A stretch of 64,000 nucleotides of DNA, taken from positions 24,672,001-24,736,000 of the forward strand of contig CP086569.2 in NCBI GenBank assembly GCA_009914755.4. The letters run 5' to 3'. Below are positions 54,335 to 64,000 of the stretch, in pieces. The notes under the pieces are model-generated. The model was not told the origin of the DNA and searched no databases. It worked only from the letters and a program-made list of their open reading frames with translations. A program made the position numbers and the translations under genes. This stretch comes from the human T2T-CHM13v2.0 reference genome, Homo sapiens. Each line of letters starts with the position of its first letter. Within the stretch, counting starts at the first letter, position 1.

Positions 54335-57300
54335 ATAAAAGCAGACCGATTTGCCAGCAAGTTGCTACATGATTTGAGAGCTATTAATGCACAGATTAAA
54401 TCAATGGGTGCATTACAGCAAGGTCTGCCGTTCCTGGCAGCCATTCCAAGTGACTCACCTCCCATCGTAGCAGATCTCAAAGATTATTTCCTTACTGTAC
54501 CCTTACATGAGAAGGATAAGCAAAGTTTCACCCCAAAGCATGCTCACCGGTCCTACGCTATTTCAGCGTTTTGTAGGACAGTCCTTAAAGGAGCCTCGTA
54601 ATATATTTCCTACTGCCTACATAATTCATTATATGGATGAAATTCTTTTGGCTGCTCCAATGGAAGAGTTATTACACCAATTGCTGAGAGAAGCAAAACA
54701 GGGGGACATCTCAAAATAGTTCAACAAAAGGTAGAAGCAACCTCCCCATACCAATACTTAGGCACTATTGCTACTGAAACAAATGTTTGACCTCAGAAAG
54801 CAGTCCTCTGTAGGGACAGATTACAAACCTTCAGTGATTTCCAACAACTATTAGGAGATATAAATTGGCTGTGCCCAATCCTAGGTATTGCTACTCATCA
54901 ACTCAAACACTCAGGCACTCCATGGAAATTCTTCATTAGGAGCAATGGGCTTAGGAGACAACCCAGTTGCTGGTTTGTCTAAGGAGGCTGAAGCTGAGTT
55001 ACAGCTTGTAGAGTAGATTCTTCAGCAAACACATGCCTCCTGGCTACAGCCACAAAATCCCTTGGTTCCCTTTTTTCTCTCTACCCCCCATTCTCCAACA
55101 GGACTTTTAGGCCAGATCATAGAAAAATATGTAATTGTAATAGAATGGCTTTGTTTGAAATTCAATCAGAGAGTAAAATCTCTGCAAGTTTATCTTTCTT
55201 TAACTACTCAGTTTATAACAAGGGGTAGGGATAGATCAAAAATGCTTAAGAGATATGATCCACACAAAATTATTGTTCTCCTTTTAGAGCCAGTCTACAA
55301 GTATGAGGAGAAATATTGGATTCCCAGCAACAGGCTGCAGCATGGGAAATGTTGACTGTGTGGCAAATTGCTCTTTCAGGTTGTGTAGGAATAATACATA
55401 AACATTATCCCTCAGACAAAATTTTGCAATTTTAAAAATTCAGCCTTTCATCTTCCCTGTGATTCCTCATCACAAGCCCATTTCAGGCAGCCAGACCTAT
55501 TTTACTGGTGGCTCTTCCAAAGGTCGCAAAGCTACTTATGGTACTAAGCATGCTCAAACAATAAAAAACCCCGGAGTTTCAGATCAACGCTCAGAACTAA
55601 TGGCAGTTATGCAGGTTTTAGAGCTCACTGGTTCATCTCTTATTAACACTCTCTGTCATTCAGCCTATGTTGTAAATGTAGCCAGTCATATTGGGACGAC
55701 CACTATTAAAAGCACCCTGGAACCAGAGCAGTTTAACTTGTTTCTAAGACTTTAACAAGCTGTTTGCTCTTGTGCTGCTTTTTATATTTCTTATATTTGC
55801 TCTCCCACACAACTCCCTACACCACTATTTCTAGGTAACAATAGAGCCAATAAATTGGTTTGTTCTGCATTTCAACAAGCTCAACCTTCTCATATATTAC
55901 TGCATCAAAACTCTGCCTTTACTCGTATGTTTCATTTGCCTCACAGCCAGGCTGCAGCCTGTACAAGCCTGTCCTGCTTGCCAGCATGTCACTGGAGTCA
56001 CACTCACAGAAGGCTGTAACCCATGAGACTTAGCTTCAAATGAAATCTGACAGATGGATGTTACTCACAAAGCTGCCATTGGTAAGTTCTCCTTTGTTCA
56101 TGTGACTACAGACACTTATTCTCATATGCGGCATGCTACATGCAAACCAGGTCACACAGCTGGTTATGTGTGATGACATTGTCTGTCATCATTTGCTCAT
56201 ATCGGGGGGTCCCTAAACAATTAAAAACTGACAATGGACACACTTATGTTAGTCATGCTTTTTAAAATTTTTTACAGCTATGGTCAGTCACTCATAAAAC
56301 AGGAATTCCTTACAAACCCCAAGGACAAGGAATTATAGAGCGGGCAAATCAAACATTACAAGGTGTGCTGAAAAAAACCGAAAGGGGAAACAAGAGATCA
56401 GTTACCACCTCAAACAAAATACATTTACTTTTACTTTAATTAATTTTTTTACTTATTTACTTTAATTTTTTGACTCCTGGCACAGATAGTAAGACTATGG
56501 CAGAACGACACTGGTAAATGTCATAGGGAAAAAGTAAAGTATACCCAAAAATATTATGAAAATCCCCCTAAGGACGATGGAAATGCTCAGGAGATTTACT
56601 GATGTAAGGATGAGGGTATGCTTGTGTTTTTACAGGAGACGGATAATCTGTGTGGGGTGCCTTCAATGTGTTTGTGACCATGTAAAGGAAGACTGGAGAG
56701 AGCCATGGATCCCAACTATGAATCCGACTCCTCCATTACAAGGCATGAGTCAGTTGAAATTGCTGGAGCACCAGGGTCAGGCAAACACCCCCGATGTCAC
56801 GTTTATGGCCATGCTACCTGCAACATCCTGTGCAGTAGGTTTTCCTTGTGCAGAGACAAAAACATATTGGGCCTATATTCCCAATCCCCCAGTATTATGG
56901 ACTGTAATTTGGAGTGACACTCCCCCTGACATCTATCATGATCATGAAGCATGGGCACCAGGACCCCTAACACCCCCTGACAAACAGTTATTAGACTCTC
57001 AGAACAATGATTATCAATTATGCTGCTCCATTGGAGGGACTTCCTTCATGAGTCACACAGCGTACATCACTCAACTGCAGTGGCCTTGCAAATTAATCCC
57101 AAGTATGGCTGACTTACCATCGAAAAAAAATATGTACCTATTAGGCCTTAGCTCTATTACCATTACCGGTGTAGCTACTAATCTCTCCCAGCCCCATCCC
57201 CCAAATCGTATTAATTATACAGAATGAGCTCTCTTTGATAATTCTTACCCCCCCCTCCTTGGACCCAGTGTCTTGGTGCCCTAGCTAGACAAGAGTACAT

Positions 57301-58080
57301 GCTAATCGGAGACATTATTTTCTAGGTCCCTGTGGTCATTTAGATGGGAGAGATGAGAATCCGACCTCATGGCATAAACTTCGCTGACACTGGTCAGCAT
57401 CTCTTCACTGCATTGCGCTGGGATTCAATCCCAATCTGCAGCAAGTTTAACTTGGCATGGAACAGGCTTTAGCCCAACTTTGCCTCAATGGCATTACCAA
57501 GGAAAGAGAGGTCCAACTCAGGAGTCGATAGGGAAGGCAGCACTCCACTATATGAATGGCAGCATTTGTGTCGGAACACTATCTAATTTTAATAATTGTG
57601 CTGAACACAGTTTTAATGTTACCGTTGTGGAAAACATTACCACTCAATTTACAATTTGTGTTTTTGAACTTATGTTTTTCTGGCAGCAAAGAGGACCAAC
57701 TCCAGGTAAACGATGCCCGATTGACTTGTGATTCCTGTCAACTGTATTATTCCCTTAATCATAGCACAGTACAAACATACAGCATATCCACCCTAGTAAT
57801 TCTAGGTCACAATCCCGGATTATGGATTCCTGTAAATCTGCCTGAGGCTTGGGTGGCCACCTCTGGTTTCCATTGTGTAAACTTTTTTCTTAGTCAGCTT
57901 ATTCGTTGTGCTTGTAGAGCCTTAGGCATGAAAATTTTTCTGAAAGTCTCCTTAGGTACATTAATAACTTCTGTTGTGGCGTCCTTAGTAGCAATGTACA
58001 GCTCCATTCAAATCACAGCTCAATATATAGAAAATTGGATGTGTACAGCCGACCAGGCATGGATGCTTAAAAATTAACTT
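54335..58080 (+). mobile_element. HERV-K-like (class II / betaretrovirus-like ERV) internal fragment: partial pol (RT, RNase H, integrase) and env (SU and N-terminal TM). It is 5'-truncated in RT, and no clear LTRs are seen.
   Basis: RT: QSMLTGPTLFQRFVGQSLKEPRNIFPTAYIIHYMDEILLAAP, cf. HML-2 [41 protein letters not shown]. RNase H (55459..55755): YFTGGSSKGRKATYG...RSELMAVMQVLE...CHSAYVVNV, cf. VFTDGSSNGKAAYTG...RAELVAVITVLQ...SDSAYVVQA. Integrase (about 55990-56420): QMDVTHKAAIGKFSFVHVTTDTYSHM...KTDNGHTYVSHAF, cf. [27 protein letters not shown]...KTDNGPGYCSKAF. Env SU (56705..57227): KTYWAYIPNPPVLWTVIWSDTPPDIYHDHEAWAPGP, cf. [37 protein letters not shown]. Env SU C-terminus and TM fusion-peptide region (57556..58077): ...LTCDSCQLYYSL...GLWIPVNLPEAW...IFLKVSLGTLITSVVASLVAMYSS. 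All frames are interrupted by stops and frameshifts. Confidence 0.85.
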
Positions 58081-58985
58081 AACACTGAGATACACATGGA
58101 AGTAGCAATGTTAAAGAATTAAAGATTACAGTTCTGTGGCTAGGAAACCAAGAACAAACTTGCAGTTGCGTCAGCAATTGCATTGTCATTTTAAGCATAC
58201 TCATATTTGTGTAACCAATTTGGAATAAAACCAAAGGGAATATCCATGGAAACTTCATTTACAAAGCAAAATTCTAAACTTGAAAAAGCATACTCAAGTA
58301 ATACAGCCATCTCTGAAAACTTGGGCAGAATTCCAGCAAGGTTTAGAGAGCCTTAGCGTTTGGACCTCCTCCAAACATCACCTAAATGTCTTTTTTGTGA
58401 TTATCAGAGTAACGTTTTGATGTCTCTCTTTTATGTTCATTGTCTGTAAAAGCAGCTGGACCACCAAACAGCAGTGGAGAGTTGCACAGCCTGCAATGAT
58501 CTTTACTCAATTAATGCAAAAATAAAAAGGAGGAGATGTTGGAGGCCAAAAGAATGAGGGTCGTGACCAACTCAGTAATGACTGGAGGGTCTATGAGCAG
58601 AGAGGAAACTGTTCTCATGAAAGCAGCATGTTGGCAACTGACACACCACGTCTGGTGTCAGAAGGAATGCTGAGGGCAGTCATGCCCCAAGCACAGTCTT
58701 TCTTGTGGTTATATATAGGAACATCTGAAGCCTGTAGTATATAGAAAGCAATTACATGAGCCTGTGATAAATCAAGCAGCTGACCAACAATTACCTTTCC
58801 TCCCTGTTGATTCTGCCTAATAAATATGAAGGCCTGTAGAAGCTCAGGGCCTTTGCTGATTAGAAGCAATGAGCCCCCGACCCTTCTTTTAAAACAGACC
58901 TTTTTTGTCTCTGTCTTCATTTCTGCATTCAACCCCCTTCGTTTCATCCCATGTAACGACATGTGGCAGTAACTGACTGCCACAC
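58080..58985 (+). mobile_element. Possible ERV 3' flank / solitary LTR-like segment downstream of the truncated env (identity uncertain)
   Basis: About 0.9 kb of non-Alu, non-L1 sequence lies between the env stop and the next Alu; it contains tataga/aataaa-like motifs (tatatatagg 58710, ctaataaatatg 58817). No canonical HML-2 LTR start (TGTGGGGAAAAGCAAGAG) is seen. Confidence 0.25.
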
Positions 58986-59175
58986 CGTCTCTATTAAAAA
59001 TACAAAAAAAAAAAAAAAAAAATAGGTGGGCTTGTTGGCAGGCACATGTAATCCATGCTACTCCAGAACCTGAGGCAGAAGAATCCCTTCAACCCAGGAG
59101 ACAGATGTTGCAGTGGGCCGAAATCACGCCTTTGCACCCCAGGCTGGGTGACAACGTGTGACTCCATCTCAAAAA
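58984..59175 (+). mobile_element. Alu right-half fragment (+) beginning in the A-rich linker
   Basis: ctattaaaaatacaaaaaaaaaaaaaaaaaaataggtgggcttgttggcaggcacatgtaatccatgctactccag...ccaggctgggtgacaacgtgtgactccatctcaaaaaaag. Confidence 0.8.
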
Positions 59176-59765
59176 AAGCAGAAAACAAAAAAGAAGAAAC
59201 CAAAACCATACAAAACAAAACAAACAAAAACTATGTTCTGGTTAAGAGAACTGAAAAAGCAAGCCTCAGGCTAAGAAAAATCTAGGAAACACATCTGAAA
59301 AGTGACTTCTATGCAAAATATACAAAGAAATAAGATGACCCAATTAATAAGTAGAGACCTGAGTAGATACATCACCAAAACAGATATGGAGATGGAAAAC
59401 CCGGTGCACAAAATACTGCTTGCTGAGCCCCTGTTACTTCTTCTGAAGGCTGAGGCTCCAAGCCATTTCCTGAGGAGCAACAGTGGCTGCCAGAGTGACA
59501 GTGGCTCCATAGATCATCCCCACCTACCCCAGCTCTACCTTTCTTCCAGGTTCCAAGGATTTCCCAGACATTGAGCATGCTCACGAGGAAAGAGCCAGAA
59601 GCTGGATATTTTATTTCACAACTTTTCTTAAAATTCTGGATGTCAACCAGTATCCTTTGGTTGGAAGTTTTATATTTATCCTAACAATCTTGAGGCACTG
59701 ACAAGTATTAGGAAAGATGATTTTCAACCTACGTTTGATTCCATGAAGAAATAAAGGAATTGGTG

Positions 59766-60110
59766 TGGCCAGGCATGATGGCTCACATCGGTAATTCCAG
59801 CAGTTTGGGAGGCTGAGCCAGGTGGATGTCCTTAGGTCAGGTGTTTGAGATCATCCTGGTCAACGTGGTGAAACAAACTCTCTACTAAAAATGTAAAAAA
59901 TTAGCCAGTACCGGTAGTGGTGTCTGGGTCCTGTAAACGCAGATCCTCAGGAAGCTAAGACAGGAGAATTGCATGAACCTGGGAAGCTGAGGTTACCAAA
60001 GCCGAGATCATGTCATTGCACTCCAGCCATGGGAACAGACCAAGACTCCGTCTCAAAACAAACAAACAAACAACAACAACAACAAACAGAACAGAACAAC
60101 AACAAAAAAA
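59766..60110 (+). mobile_element. Alu (+) with a (CAAA)n(CAA)n tail
   Basis: gtgtggccaggcatgatggctcacatcggtaattccagcagtttgggaggctgagccaggtgg...gtctcaaaacaaacaaacaaacaacaacaacaacaaacag. Confidence 0.85.
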
Positions 60111-60780
60111 GGACTCAATTACATTTTTAGGCAGTTATTTTAGAAGGCTTGGTACAATGCATTACTATTTTGGTATTCTCAAGACAGAAAACACAGTAAC
60201 GCTAGTAAGTAAAAACCAAACAGCAAGTCACTACAAATTCATGGGATTAATTTCATCCGTCATTCTTCCTGGCTTTTATTTAAAATGTGTAATGTTGAAA
60301 TAATCAGACGTTTTACTTGTGATACCTAAATGCAAGAAGAAACACCAGTTACTGAACCATTATTAAATGAATCTCAGTCTTCAAATTTGATTCTGATGCA
60401 GTGGAATGTTTTGTGAAAGATGGAAAACTAACAGACCAAACACACGTGATTTCAAATTTTGGCCTACTTTTGTAGAAGCAGATTTAAGAACCAAAACCTT
60501 CATAGTTCTAATTTTTGTCAGTGATTCAGCATTGCAAGATATGTAGTGAAACTGAAATCAGAGATTTTTTTCAATTCCAACAGAAACTAGTTTGTACTCT
60601 GGACATTCGTGTTGCTCCCTTGAAATCCGTAAAGAAATCACGTGATTGAAAGGGACTTTTACACAGTGAAAATCTGCCAATACACCGCATTATCTTATTA
60701 GCTACAGTTCACTATTTTATTGTAGTCACCATAAGATTAGAAAAAAAAAAAAAAGCAGATAAATGACTATGTGTACTAGA

Positions 60781-62073
<1,293 letters not shown>

Positions 62074-63094
62074 TCATGACTCTTTTCTGCAGAAGAGAGG
62101 ACTGAGCCTTGCATCCAGAGCTTTCCGGGTCTAAGCTCAGGGCCATCTTAATGCTCATTGTACAGCCTCATATAATTAGAACCAAAGGAATTTGTTTTCT
62201 GAGGCCACAGCTTTTCTAAATGTGAACCCAGAGTTAACCAAATCAACAGTAGCTTGTGCTTGAGAGTGACATGTGTTTTGAGGTAGTCTCTGGAAGGCCC
62301 AAAGGAAGGGAAGTTAGTGACAGCTTACACCACAGACACTCTTTGTTAAACTTTAGAAAGAAAAGTGGAAATAATTAAATGTCAGTGGTCAAGCACTCTG
62401 TGTACCAGCCACAAGTGGAGACTGAGTTGGCACATTCTCCACACCAGCAGGAGAAAGCAACCTGCAGACTCCGACTCCAGTCTCTGGCGCTTGGGTTGTG
62501 TGAGAACTGGAATGACAACAGCATTTAAAATCAGCAGAATTCCAAGTTGTTTGGCCTATTAAATCCTGGAAAGGCTGTTGAGATTGATGGTTGTGGCAGT
62601 TCCTTTCTCACAGAGGGAGGCTGAGGCCCGTGAGTGGTGAGCCTGGTTCATGTGGCCTGGGGTGACTGGGCTAAATGTAGCATCCACTTCTGTACTTTAT
62701 AGTCTTTGTTATAGCACATATGGGCTGTGCTCCTCCCTCCAGGCCTGTGTCCATTAGGGACCACCAGGATCAGGTTCCCAGGGCATGAGGGTCTCCTTTG
62801 TCTGGTAGCAGAGACCAGGTTGGCTCCAGGCAGGTGCCTCGTGAGGACTGAATTATAGGGGACCTATGAGAAGAGAGGGTGCAGTACCCCAAATCACATG
62901 CTCTCCTTGCTGAAATAGCTAGGTTGTGAGAAAATCCACACTACAATCATGGACTTGCTTTCCATTCACTGCTGGAGCTGAGACCGGGCAGAGTTTGCCA
63001 CAGCCACTCTCTCCCCTGGAGCTTGCCTATCCTCTCCACATGGCTGTCCTCAGCCTTCCTCTTGCTCCTCCAACTCTTATGCCACCTGCACATT

Positions 63095-63830
63095 TTAACC
63101 TAGTGGAAATGCAAGTCAAAGCTACAGTAAGATACCTCTTCACACACATTATAATTGCAGGAAAAAAAAAGCTAACAATGGTTGAAATGGAAGTGGGAAA
63201 ATGTGAAAGAAAAATGCTGCAGCTGCTGTGGAAAATAGTTTGGTGGTTCTGCAAAAGCTAAATATAAAATTACCATAGAACGCCCAAAATCCACTCCAAG
63301 CTATATACACACAAAAAAAATGTAAAAGAGCTATTCAAACAAAAATATGTGTACGTATGTTCATAGCAGCATTCACAATAACTAAAATCTGAAACACACC
63401 CAATAAATGTCCAGCAACAAAAAAATAAGAAACAAAATGTAGTATGTCCATACAACGGCATACTATTCAGCTGTGAAAAGGATTACAACTCTAATGCTAC
63501 AATGTGAAGAAACTTAAATTTTGGCTCAAGAAGCAGAGCACAAAAGTCACATAGTGTATGATTCTATTTATATAAATATTTAGAGTAGGTAAATCCATAG
63601 AGAAAAAATGCAGATTATTGGTACTGGTGTCAGAAAGAGGACAGATTGGGTAGGAGCTTCTTAATAAGTAGGGTATTTCCTTTTGGAATAATGAAAATAC
63701 TTTGGAACTAAGATGTGGTAGTTGCACACAAATATGCACGTACTAAAGATCACTAAGGAATTCATTAAGAAACAGTTAATTTTATATTATGCGAAGGAAT
63801 TTAACCTCACTAAAAAGACAAAATTTCTTC
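63095..63830 (+). mobile_element. Older L1 (L1M/L1PB-like) 3' end, + strand (ORF2 C-terminus / 3'UTR)
   Basis: ctgcagctgctgtggaaaatagtttggtggttctgcaaaagctaaatataaaattaccatagaacgcccaaaatccactccaagctatatacacac...gttcatagcagcattcacaataactaaaatctg...tgtccatacaacggcatactattcagctgtgaaaaggattacaactctaatgctacaatgtgaagaaacttaaattt, cf. L1 ...tggaaaacagtttggcagttcctcaaaaaactaaacatagaattaccatatgacccagcaattccactcctaggtata...gttcatagcagcattattcacaatagccaaaa... Confidence 0.8.
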
Positions 63831-64000
63831 CTCAGCATTCTCTCAGCAATGTGAGCTCTCTTTCCACAGAGTGCTTGTAGCATGGGGTTCTAGTCCCTCC
63901 ACAGTCCAGAACTGCCTGGGGCCAGGCCAGCCACACACTAGACATGAACTCCCACCACGCTGTCCAGCAGTCCCTCGACCTGTTACCAGTGGAAGTTATC

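Noticed and set aside
53613-54338. Cluster of overlapping Y/I/C/H/T-rich ORFs on both strands
   Set aside because: They are translations of the (TA)n/(TG)n/(TATG)n microsatellite block.
58080-58985. Calling this segment a bona fide HERV-K 3' LTR
   Set aside because: env is truncated before the TM anchor, so the provirus 3' end is missing. I cannot see TG...CA LTR termini or a canonical HML LTR start, so I keep it only as a low-confidence candidate.

Overview
This window is human (primate) nuclear DNA, not a prokaryotic locus. It contains no operons, CRISPR arrays, or tRNA/rRNA genes. Three decayed gene copies occupy the GC-rich left third (1-22.7 kb), read from the sequence as follows. (i) An unprocessed CSPG4 (chondroitin sulfate proteoglycan 4, NG2) pseudogene copy of the giant exon 3 lies on + at 504-4063, with the upstream intron acceptor and downstream donor preserved. 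It carries multiple CGA>TGA nonsense codons and frameshifts. (ii) The 3'-terminal exons of a dynamin-1 (DNM1) pseudogene lie on + at 7067-7309, 7554-7754 and 11196-11256, followed by 3'UTR-like sequence. (iii) A GOLGA6L-family (golgin A6-like) gene copy runs on the minus strand from about 16044 to 22395. Exons 1-4 are recognisable, together with the EQEERL coiled-coil repeat exon and an NNENKS exon. At least two in-frame TAG codons interrupt the repeat exon, so it is probably a pseudogene. The CSPG4P-DNM1P-GOLGA6L triad is the signature of the chr15q GOLGA core duplicon (LCR15); related copies also exist in chrY palindromes, and the paralog cannot be assigned from sequence alone. The remaining two thirds (22.7-64 kb) is AT-rich and densely populated by retroelements. 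There are about 22 Alu insertions, several with clear target-site duplications, including a young CpG-intact AluY at 25788-26096. There are old and young L1 fragments: an old ORF1 fragment, an isolated 5'UTR fragment and two 3' ends. A 5'- and 3'-truncated HERV-K-like (class II ERV) internal fragment carries pol (RT YMDE, RNase H, integrase) and env (SU and partial TM). A 0.6 kb TG/TA/TATG microsatellite block and a 0.3 kb pure purine (GAAA/GGAA)n tract are also present. I do not see evidence for a novel biological system. The most interesting points are the structure of the duplicon (a possible CSPG4-exon3 to DNM1 exon splice architecture), several small lineage-specific tandem duplications inside pseudo-exons, the unusual isolated L1 5'UTR fragment, and the likely recent AluY insertion.
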